A stretch of DNA of 64,000 bases, taken from the NCBI GenBank assembly GCA_017499595.2, contig CM038998.1:3968001-4032000 (forward strand), read 5' to 3'. This stretch comes from Psilocybe cubensis (taxonomy: Eukaryota). A program made the position numbers and the translations under genes. This document shows positions 42,401 through 53,189 of the stretch, piece after piece. The notes under the pieces were generated by a model. It was not told the origin of the DNA. It made no database searches and was given only the letters and a program-made list of their open reading frames with translations. The stretch's first letter is position 1, and each line of letters opens with the position of its first letter.

Positions 42401-42613
42401 CAAAGCAGCATCTGCGTAAATCTTGGATGCTGTGACTCCTTTATCGCTTGTAGAGTCATTTGAGCCGTTGTTGATGGCGTGTTCTACCACAAAGCCTACA
42501 TCAGGGGTGGTGCTGGTATATGTAATTGTTGAAGGTGAGGCAGCAATGGCACCATCGTGATTTAAACCTGTTACAGACAATGTGCTGGTAGAGGTACCCT
42601 CAGAGGTAGACAT
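39464..42613 (-). CDS. Fungal-type protein kinase (FunK1), copy 3, head A + tail Y, tail about 26 codons shorter than copy 2
   Basis: Kinase motifs intact (GTLFFMPVE variant). The 56-nt intron at 42310-42365 restores the frame. TGA at 39464-39466 where copy 2 reads Gly. Confidence 0.82.
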
Positions 42614-43043
42614 AGAAAAAAGAACGGGAATATTATTGTTATGTGCTGGATACTGATTCAAGGGGAGAGGAGACGCGTAGAGTTGCCAGTGCCCTTGTTT
42701 AGTCTGAATCCCGTGACTGTACCAACCAGGGGGCACCCACTGGAGCTTACCGAGAAAACAACCCCTCCCTGGAGCTTAACGCAGTGGCTGTGTTGCCGTG
42801 GGGCGATTACCACAACGTGATGGCAGTGTGACATCGTGAAATAACAAAGACATTAATACTGCTTGTTGAAGATCCTTGAGAAATACGATATATTTTAGTG
42901 TCCAGAATATGTCAAGCTGTGTTATATATGTCTACATAGGTCCTTCCTCTCTTTTGAGATGTCTCCACACAGATCAGTGATGGTGACATTAGTGTGACCA
43001 TCAGCGTTTGCCGCCCCGGCATTATAGCTCGCGGGGGGCATTA

Positions 43044-43929
43044 AAGGACCCTGGGCATTTGGCTCAGAGGACGTTTCAAAACGGGACAAAAATAACGACT
43101 GATTTTGAGCAAAATGTCGTTCCAGAAATACGGACAAGTTGCAGGACCGCCGAGGTCTAGTCTCGGCCTCCCATCCTCTTTCGGATCGGTTACCCAATAT
43201 GGGTAACCCATCGTAAGTTACCCATATTGGGTAACCGGATGGGAGGCCGAGACTAGCCGAGGTCGATCCACAAGCCGGACATATATTCGGATGACGACCA
43301 AAAAAATATAATCCAAAGGCTAGCGTATAGGTAAAATGTGTAAGTATTTTCCGCCTTTCGTCTTGCGTCAGGTTGGTGTTTCAAGCCACGGTGTGGCATT
43401 TCATTTTGCCCTTTATAAATCCTTAGTTCAAGAGAATCCGTCAAAATAACAACACAATCTAATGAAATTTTACACATTATGAATTGGGCTACTGTCGATC
43501 AGCTAACACCTTTCCTTCCATTCACTCTCCTCTATCATAACCCTTTGTCTGTCACTCCAACGGGTTTTGAGGCTCACGCGCAATATATCTCATCTTACAG
43601 AACACTGTTTGACGGAGTAGGAAGCATAAAAAGGCGATGAAAATGTCTTCAAAGCGAAATTTAGATAGTATTACATAGATTGTCGCATTTTACATTCGCA
43701 TTATACATTCATTTGTAGTTATATAGTGCTACCAGCAGCTTTTTTTCGATGATAGGTGTTCTCAAAATGGTTCTGATTGCGGGCGCAGCAGCGAAAAAAT
43801 CGATTTTTGAGCCTGTCCGGACACAAATTGGGCCTCTGGAGGGTCGTTCCCAAATTCCGGAGACGGACAAAAATCCCATAAATCGACCTTTTTTGGGAAC
43901 GTCCTCTGGGCCAAATGCCCAGGGTCCTT
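43044..43929. mobile_element. Non-autonomous DNA transposon (MITE-like), about 0.89 kb, with roughly 33-bp terminal inverted repeats
   Basis: The left end AAGGACCCTGGGCATTTGGCTCAGAGGACGTTTC matches the reverse complement of the right end AAGGACCCTGGGCATTTGGCCCAGAGGACGTTCC. GGGGCA occurs in both flanks. The paralogous empty site is at about 34051-34080. No transposase ORF. Confidence 0.8.
43158..43255. mobile_element. 98-bp fold-back mini-element nested in the TIR element, flanked by a 9-bp direct repeat
   Basis: Perfect 19-bp outer arms TAGTCTCGGCCTCCCATCC / GGATGGGAGGCCGAGACTA and 21-bp inner arms (43187-43207 / 43217-43237). GCCGAGGTC at both 43149-43157 and 43256-43264. Confidence 0.82.
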
Positions 43930-43932
43930 GGG

Positions 43933-44315
43933 GCAAGCACAACATTTGCGCGATCGCGTTTATGCGATGACAAATTCATATATTGTTCCGTTTTCAACAA
44001 GCTTCCCTGTCGGTTGAATTGCTCGATAAGCACGTAGGCCATAAAGACTGCGAATTGTGATAATTTTAGATCTATCGGACTGAATGTGGATACCGTAGAT
44101 ACTTGGACAGGTTAAGCGCTGAGGGTAGTCAAATTTCTTAACTTTAAAGTCTTTTCGATATAGCGGAGTGAATGTGGATACCGTAGATACCACCTTTAGG
44201 TAGATTAAGCGCTGAAGATACTCAACTTCAAGGTCAATTGCCAACCATGCCATTGCACATTGTGAAAAGTTCAAGAAAAAAATGAGATTAATTGAGATGC
44301 ATGCAAAGGGAGGTA
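43933..44315. repeat. Duplicated copy of the region upstream of the NmrA-like gene (about 34071-34195 and 34540-34718)
   Basis: Near-identical blocks GCAAGCACAACATTTGCGCGATCGCG...GACTGCGAATTG and GATAATTTTAGAT...GTCAATTGCCAACCATGCC...GCAAAGGGAGGT. Confidence 0.85.
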
Positions 44316-45140
44316 TGGGTATACTGTACAAAATAAGATGAAGGGTAGCTTAGTAGTGCTAATGCTAATGCTAAGTAGGCAGCGGTATAAATGCGATGAT
44401 GATCGATGACGGTAAAAACTTAAAAAAGAGAGAGGCGGATTTTAGTGACTATGAGATTCGAGTATCAGATCAATAGAGTAAAAATTAAGCGATATACAAG
44501 CAAGGAAAGGAAAGGAAGGAGAGTGTGGAATATTGTTCACAGGCGTCAAAAAAAAGAAGAAATGCGACGGAAGTAGAGGTTGGTATAATACAGACGTTTC
44601 TTACAATTTTGCGGATCGACGAAAGCAAAAAGAAGCTAAAAAATGAGAGGCGATGAGGTGATCTGAATCCAATGGCATGGCAATTAAAGAAAAAAAGAAA
44701 AGGAGAAAACAAATGATTGTACATGTGCATGAAGCGTCGAAACAAAAAAGCAAAGGGAAGAAAAAAGGAGAAAAACAGACCAAGCCCGGAAATTCACAAC
44801 CCCACACCACGATCCGCATCAACATCCACATTCACCTCCACATTCACCTCCACATCAACAATCCACATCCAACATCCACCACTCACTCCCACGAACTAAC
44901 AACATCCCAGTCAACGCACTCGTAAAGCTCGACCGCGTGCTATAATACTCCCCCGAAAAACTCGAGTCGGAAAATTACACGTCGTTCGAGCTGCTGACCA
45001 CGCTGAGCACCGAGTTGCGCTGGGAATGGATAGTACGGAACGACGTTGGCGAGGGCGAGGGCGACGGGAACGGGGATGGAGACAGTGCTGGAAGAGTCTG
45101 CGGCGTAGTCATATTCATAGCCGTAGTCGTAGTCTTTGTG
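44272..45140 (-). pseudogene. Duplicated 3' end (about the last 85 codons, stop at 44883) and downstream region of the large low-complexity gene; source about 52560-53460
   Basis: Collinear near-identity, e.g. CACTCCCACGAACTAACAACATCCC...TAATACTCCCCCGAAAAACTCGAGTCGG...CACGCTGAGCACCGAG. No 5' part, and a 1-bp deletion near the stop. Confidence 0.88.
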
Positions 45141-45323
45141 GCAGTTCCTGTAAAACCATGCGAAATGAAAAGAGAGATTGAGGGCGTTATTTATCTACAT
45201 CGAGATGAACCACGACCCTCCAGTTTTCGACCTAGTGCCCGACTTGGATCAGTGTCCTGCCGCCGAATTTCCCGGTGCTGGATTGCCTCCAGCATTTGAG
45301 CGGCCGCCTGAGTTAGGACCAGC

Positions 45324-48300
45324 CTACATTTTAATGCGCTTAGGTCTTTGCCGTTTCAGGGTAGCTTCTACGTCTTCGTCAGCCGGGCCTGGTTTAAAAG
45401 ATTCTGAGGGTGCCGTCTTCCCAATGTTTGGATTGGGTCTCTTACAACCAGCAAAAAGTGAGGGAGCACTGGGCACTGCTGTAGCGGCATCAGCAGGTTG
45501 AACAGAGTTGGGGCCATCAGCGGGAATGTTCATCACAAGAGGTGTTTCCTCCCAAGGGGAGCCGGAGACACTCTCGAGTAGTTGAAAACAAAAATGGAAG
45601 CGGTCTACAATGATAGCATAAGATAGCGTGTCTCTGAGTGTGTCGTCCCTTGCTCGTCCTGAATACGCAATATTCATGGCAGATCTTATGTAGTCCACCA
45701 TGAGATGCATAAATGAGATTGATGGGAGCATGATATCTTCAAGCGAGATGCTGGACAAAGCCCTCAGAAAGCGTATCCTCTCAGGAGTAGGCACGACATC
45801 ATGTTGAAAAACTTCGTTGGCCCAGGTCCTGGAAGGTTGGTGGCTGACACGTGCGGTTAGAGACCACACTAAAACCCACCAAAGCGACTCGAGATCATGT
45901 TGAAAGTTATAGACAACCGAGGTATAAGACATACGCGAAGTATTTTTCCGGGGGGCACCAAGCTCGGCGAGTTGTTTTTTGGCGACAAAAAGAGACGGAT
46001 CGCGAATTGCAAATGCTATGTCGTTTTTGTTGTCGATTCGATTATATATATAAACGTCTTGCATTATTTCGATAGGCATGAAAAAAGGAGTACCCTGGAA
46101 TTTTGTTGAGACAACAAGACCCATAGAAGAATGAAATAACAAAGTACCGTTTTGGCATCACCGTTGGCTTTATGATCTTCAGGTAGAGGGAACTTCTTGG
46201 CATATTCAAGGTCTGACAATTTGGCCCGCAAGACGCTGCCTCCTTGATGAGCAAGAATATTCCCCGAGCTTATATCTCTGTGTACCCAGCCAGCACAGTA
46301 CAGGAGCGAAAGGGCTACGAAGCTATACATGAGTAAATGTAGAAATTGAATCGAGGTTGAAGCTTACGTATGACAGTTTGTTTAAGTATATTAAGCACCT
46401 TCCCCAAAGTAGGCAGATCGCCCACAGCCTGGCAGACTTCTTTGAAGATGACGCGATACTGTTTACGGGGGGTATATGTTCGCTTGTGTTGCTGTCCACT
46501 GTTTATAAAAGGTGTCGATCCCACCGGTCGAATAGAATTGTCATTCAAAGATGCAATCCTATCTGCATCGGCGTTCTGAAACAAGCCTGTGACGGGAGTA
46601 CATCCCTCCAAAACATCTTTGGAGGGCTTGCCAGCATGATCACTTTCAATTTCGAGGAAATACTGCTTGTACTCGCCAGACTTAACGAGCTCGGCATTTC
46701 GCATCTTGATATTATTGAGAGAGGCCTCGGGAGAGTCTTCAGGAGGATCCAATGCCAAGTTGTAATCTGGCTTGTCGGGGTGACAGTATTTCTCAATATC
46801 TGCAAAGATGGCCGTCTGGATCTCCTTTTCAGTGAGAGCATTTACGCCAAGCCAGACGTCTTTCAAAACACATTGCGGGCCAATCTTGTTGCCTTCAGAA
46901 TCAACCCGATCGACCAACCATACACGCGCCATGCGACCAGATATGCTGTTCGAGGGGTATTCAGAAAGTACCTTGACAGTGCGGTAGAACTTGGCCGATT
47001 TCCCATCAGAACTGGTGATTTTGAAGGTGTACTGACGCTTCTTGCCTTCGACCGGAGTGACATTGGGATCGTAGCCGAGTTCTTCGTCTGTTGCAAACAG
47101 AAATGATAGGAACACCTTGACGAGTAATTTTGGATTCTACAGAGATTATTATATCAGTAATGTTCATCAATTCAAAAGAACCACACGAGCATACCTCGAT
47201 AAAGCTGAATTGTTTCGAAACAGCAGAATGGGAGCGACAATGATACCAAAGTGTTGCCTCATCGCCTTCGAAGGTCATCTAAGGTCAATGGAAGTCAAAT
47301 TCTTTCCATTTTTCAGAGTCAGTTCTTATATACCCCATAGGTGAACATACGCCGCACGTCATCGTTCATAATTTGAACATTTGCCGATACTACCTGACGG
47401 TTGTTCTTGAAGAAAAGATTGGCTAAAAGCATGTGCCAAAGGTTGCATGACACTTACTGAATCTCTGTTGGCACCGGTGACCTTTTGCTCAATAGGTACA
47501 ACAATATACTTGGTGTGTAGGTCACTCCCTCCATTTGAAAAGCAGGCATCTATCTTATTGTTTGAGCCCCTTATGTCCGATGAAATGATCGTATCCTGGC
47601 AATTCAGATACTGAAAACTGTTGCGAACCCTCCCGTCACAGGTCTCACTGTACCCTCCGACGGCATCAGCGATAGACTTCAAGGGAGTAAATAATGTCTT
47701 TTCTGCTGCCTCTTCATTACTGAGGCATTCCATATAGTCGGTGAATCGAAGAGCAGTGGTTTCCTCTAGTATAATTTCCCACAATATCGGCTCTTCTTTG
47801 TTATAGAGAGGTTGATGAAGCGTCTTGAAGCGTGCGGATTGTCTGAGTGGTTCTGCGGCCTGCTGGAGACTGGGGCAGCCTTCAATAGCATCGTTGGTGG
47901 GAGCAGCATCCTTTCCAAGAAGTCTCAAGATACATTCTTCGACAGCTACTTCAGAAGGTTCAAATGGAAGGTAATGCTTCAAGAAAACCTCGACGCTGCA
48001 CTCGACGAATTCGTTATTCATTTCTAAGGCAATCTGTGATCGAAGGGTGGTGAGTTCCTCAGTTTTTCCATCCGTGCGATTGGCTCGGGGTGTTTCTGAG
48101 GGTCTTTGAGATTTCTCGTCATGCTCAAGGATGAACCAGTAGTCGTATAAGTTACACACCTCGGCTTATTGGAGTTGGCATCAGCTGTTGGCTTATTGGA
48201 GTTGGTATCAGCTGTTGTTGCCAAAGTACCATTTGCATTAGCCTCGGATGCTGTTGCCCCTTCGGCGCTTGTGGAGGCGACTGAACTATTGTGGGTGCTA

Positions 48301-48443
48301 GGTTCTTCCGTAGATCCTGCAACAGGGGTTTTGCAAATAGTGCTGGCATCTGCACCTGAGGGAGGTGTGGCACCAACGACGCTGTCGTGATCTGAACTGG
48401 TTGCGGGCATGGCGTTGATAGAGTCACCGTTGGAGGTGGACAT
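45324..48443 (-). CDS. Fungal-type protein kinase (FunK1), copy 4, head B + tail Z, tail truncated by TAG
   Basis: LSLLYCAGWVHRDISSGNILAH...AKLSDLEYAKK in ORF 46064-46330; GTPFFMPIE and HDLESLWW. N-terminus MSTSNGDSIN; ends KRIKM*. Confidence 0.83.
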
Positions 48444-49257
48444 GGAGAGAAGAGTCAACCTGGGGGCGTTATTGTGCTGGATCCTGATGTAGGAGTAGTA
48501 TTAGAACATAGTTGGCAGTGCCATTTCAACGCGTTCACCTGGCCCGTGACGGTGCAACAAATTCTCACGGTATGTTCACTGTCTTCCCGGCAAATTCCCG
48601 GCTTGCTTTCAATCAAAAATAGTGAAGAGACCAATGGACCGAAAACTGTTCAATTTTTTCTGAGGAAAATGCAATGATGGTTTAGGACAAATGAAACCAT
48701 GATAAGTGGAATAAAAAATTATTGCTCTTCACGTTAAAACTTCATTGAACTTTTATTTAGTAGTTGTACAGATACTTAACACTAATTATAAATTTATACC
48801 TCCATGAAGACCGCGCTTTGGAGTGAACCCTTTCCTGGCCCAGTAGCCCGGGGGTCCTCAACTTAAGTCAGTGAGATATAAACAATCAACAGCGTTGAAT
48901 TGATCTTTGGCATTTGAATGCTTCCATCAAAATGGGCCGTGGCGTTGGGTTTTCTATTGCCCTCCTAAGTCGCTGGCTTTGCTTTCATGCCAATACATGC
49001 AGAGTAACTTTAGTACTGAGAAAAAAGTTGTGCCATCGTCAATTAATTTATTGATTACCATACTAGCTACCAAACAATATAATGTATTATGATTTATGAA
49101 CACTGTAAAAGTATGGCCTGTAAAACCGTGAGATATCAAAAGAGAGATTGAGGGCGTTATCTATCTGCGTCGAGATGAACTACGACTCCCCAATTTTCGA
49201 CCTAGTGCCCGACTTGGATCGGCGCCCTGTCGTCGAATTTCCTGGCGTTGGATTGCC

Positions 49258-52200
49258 TCAGGCATTTGAGCCACCGCCTAAGTTAAGATCATCCTGCGTC
49301 TTGATGCGCTTAGTTCTTTGCCATTCCAGGGTAGCTTCTACGTCTTCGTCAGCCGGGCCTGGTTTAAAAGATTCTGAGGGTGCCGTCTTCCCAATGTTTG
49401 GATTGGGTCTCTTACAACCAGCAAAAAGTGAGGGAGCACTGGGCTCTGCTGTAGCGGCATCAGCAGGTTGAACAGAGTTGGGGTCATCAGCGGGGATGTT
49501 CATCACAAGAGGTGTTTCCTCCCAAGGGGAGCCGGCGACACTCTCGAGTAGTTGAAAACAAAAATGGAAGCGGTCTACAATGATAGCATAAGATAGCGTG
49601 TCTCTGAGTGTGTCGTCCCTTGCACGTTGTGAATACGCAAGATTCATGGCAGATCTTATGTAGTCCACCATGAGATGCATAAATGAGATTGATGGGAGCA
49701 AGATATCTTCAAGCGTGATCCTGGACAAACCCCTCAGAAAGCGTATCCTCTCAGGAGTAGGCACGACATCATGTTGAAAAACTTGGTTGGCCCAGGTCCT
49801 GGAAGGTTGATGGCTGACACGTGCGGTTAGAGACCACACTAAAACCCACCAAAGCGACTCGAGATCATGTTGAAAATTATAGATCACCGAGTTATAAGAC
49901 ATATCGTTCTGCGAAGTATTTTTCCTGGGGGCACCAAGCTGGGCGAGTTGTTGTTTGGCGACAAAAAGAGACGGGTCGTGAATTGCAAATTCTATGTCGT
50001 CATTGTTGTCGATTCGATTATATATATAAAATTCTTGCATTATTTCGATAGGCATGAAAAAAGGAGTACCCTGGAATTTTGTTGAGACAACAAGACCCAT
50101 AGAAGAGTGAAATAACAAAGTACCGTTTTGGCATCACCGTTGCCTTTATAAGCTTCAGGTGGAGGAAACCTCTTGGCATATTCAAGGTCTGACAATTTGG
50201 CCCGCAAGACGCTGCCTTCTTGATGAGCAAGAATATTCCCCGAGCTGATGTCTCTGTGTACCCAGCCAGCACAGTACAGGAGCGAAAGGGCTACAAAGGT
50301 ATATATGAGAAAGTGTAGAAACTCAATCGAGGTTGAAGCTTACGTATAACAGTTTGTTTAAGTATATTAAGCACCTTGCCCAAAGTAGGCAGATCGCCCA
50401 CAGCCTGGCAGACTTCTTTAAAGATGACGCGATATTGTTTCCGGGGGGTAAATGTTCGTTTGTGTTGCTGTCCACTCTTTATAAAAGGTGTCGATCCCAC
50501 AGGTTGAATAGAATTTTCGTTCAAAGATGCAATCCTATCTGCATCGGCGTTCTGAAACAAGCCTGTGACGGGAGTACATCCCTCCAAAACATCTTTGGAT
50601 GGCTTGCCAGCATGATCACTTTCAATTTCGAGGAAATACTGTTTGTACTCTCCAGATCTAACGAGCTCAGCATTTCGCATCTTGATATTATTGAGAGAGG
50701 CTTCGGGAGAGTCTTCAGGAGGATCCAATGCCAAGTCGTAATCTGGCTTGTCGGGGTGACAGTATTTCTCAATATCTGCAAAGATGGCCGTCTGGATCTC
50801 TTTTTCAGTGAGAGCATTTACGGAGAGCCAGACGTCTTTCAAGACACATTGCGGGCCAATTTTGTTGCCTTCAGAATCAACCCGATCGACCAACCATACA
50901 CGCGCCATGTGACCAGAAATGTTGTTCGAGGGGTATTCAGCAAGTACCTTGACAGTGCGGTAGAACTTGGCCGATATCCCATCAGAACTGGGGATTTTGA
51001 AAATGTACTGACGCTTCTTGCCTTCGACCGGAGTGACGTTGGGATCGTAGCCGAGTTCTTCGTCTGTTGCAAATAGGAATGATAGGAACACCTTGACGAG
51101 TAATCTGGGATTCTAGAGTGATTATTAAATCAGTAATGTTGGCCAATTCAAAAGAAGCACACAAGCGTACCTCGACAAAGTTAAATTGTCTCGAAACAGC
51201 AGAATGAGAGCGACAATGATACCACAGCGTTGCCTTATCGCCTTCAAACGTCATCTGAAACCAATAAAAGTGAGAAATATTTCGTTTTGCAGAGTCTGTT
51301 TCTACGTACCCCATAGGTGAACATTCGCCGCACGTCATCGTTCATGATTTGAACATTTGCTGATAATACCCGACGGTTGTTCTTAAAGGAAAGGTTGGCA
51401 AAAAGCATGTGTAAAAAAACGCGTTGCATCATACTTACTGAATCCCTATTGGCGGCGGAGACGTTCTGCTCAATAGGTACAGCAATATACTTGCTGTGTA
51501 AATCACTTCCTCCATTGGAAAAGCAGGCATCTATCCTGCTTGTAGAGTTCCCTATATCCGATAAAATGACTGTCTGCGGACAATGGAGATACTGGAAATT
51601 GTTGCGAGCCCTGCCGTCACACGTGTTGCTATAGCTCCCAACGGCATCAGCAATAGTCTTCAAGGGAGCAAATACTGTCTTTTCCACAGAGCCGTGGCTA
51701 CCAGGCCGTTTCATGTAGTCGGTGAATCGAAGACCAGGAGTATCCGGGTACCCAACCGTCAGCACAACTTCCGACAATACGGGGTGGCCTGTGTTGTAGT
51801 CAAGTTTATGAAGTGGCTTGATGCGTGCGGATTGTTTAGGCGTTGCAGGAGCCTGTTCAGGACTAGGAAAATTATCAACAGCGTCGCCAATGGGAGAAGT
51901 ATCCTTGCAGAGAAGCTTCAAGATGCATTCTTCAACAGCTGCTTCTGATGGCTCAAACGGAAGGTAATGCTTGAAGAAAACATCGACACTGCACTCGATG
52001 AACTCGTCTTTCATTTCTAATGCAATTTGTGACTGAAGAATGGAAAGATTTTCGTTTGTATTATCCGCGCAATTGGTTTGGGGCGTTTCCGAGCGTCTAC
52101 TGAAGTCTTGTCACGCTGAAGGAAGAAAGAGCAATGGTTGAAGCCACACACCTCGGCTCATTGGAGTCGGCATCCACTTTCGTTGCCAAAGCAGCATCTG

Positions 52201-52399
52201 CGGAAATCTTGGATGCTGTGACTCCTTTAGCGCTTGTAGAGCCATTTGAGCCGTTGTTGATGGCGTGCTCTACCACAAAGCCTGTATCAGGGGTGGTGCT
52301 AGTATATGTAATTGTTGAAGGTGCGGCAGCAGTGGCACCATCGTGATTTAAACCAGTTACAGACAACGTGCTGGTAGAGGTACCCTCAGAGGTAGACAT
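49258..52399 (-). CDS. Fungal-type protein kinase (FunK1), copy 5, head A + tail Z
   Basis: Kinase motifs intact. The 55-nt intron at 52097-52151 removes the apparent stop and keeps the frame (EPR|RSETPQ). Ends GGGSNA* like copy 3. Confidence 0.83.
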
Positions 52400-52804
52400 A
52401 GAAAAGAATGAACGGGAATATTATTGTTATGTGCTGGATACTGATTCAAGGGGAGAGGAGACGCGTAGGAGTTGCTAGTGCCTGTTTGAACCCCTTGTTT
52501 AGTCTGAATCCCGTGACGGCGCCAATGACACTTGATCGACCCATCACATTGCTGAAAGCTCAACAAAAATAAGATTAATTGAGATGCATGCAAAAAGAGC
52601 TATGGGTATACTGTACAAGATAAAATGAGGGGGTAGCTAGTGCTAATGCTAATGCCAATACTAATGCTAATGCTAAGTAGCAGCGGTATAAATGCTATGA
52701 TGATCGATGACGGTAAAAAGAGAGAGAGAGACGGATTTTAGTGACTATGAGATTCGAGTATTAGATCAATAAAGTAAAAATTAAGCGATAAACAAGCAAG
52801 GAAC

Positions 52805-52836
52805 GGAAAGGAAAGGAAAGGAAAGGAAAGGAAAGG
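52805..52836. repeat. (GGAAA)n pentanucleotide microsatellite
   Basis: About six units here versus about two at the paralogous site near 44504-44515. Confidence 0.85.
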
Positions 52837-53189
52837 AAGGAGAGTGTGGGATACGGTTCATACGCGTCAAAAGAAAAAAAAAAAGAAGAAATGCGACGAC
52901 GGAAGTAGAGGTTGGTATTGGTATAATACAGACGTTTCTTACAATTTTGCGGATTGACGAAAGCAAAAAGAAAGCCAAAAAATGAGAGGCGGTGAGGTTA
53001 TCTGAATCCAATGGCACGGCGATTAAAGAAAAAAAAAGGAAAAGGAGAAAACAAATGATTGTACATGTGCATGAAGCTTCGAAACAAGAAAGCAAAGCGA
53101 AGAAAAAAAGGAGAAGACACAGACAAAGCACGGAAATTCACAACACCACACCACGATCTGCACCAACATCCACATCCAACATCCACCAC

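Noticed and set aside
52097-52151. Apparent stop or frameshift near the start of kinase copies 2-5
   Set aside because: It lies inside a conserved GT-AG intron; splicing restores the frame.
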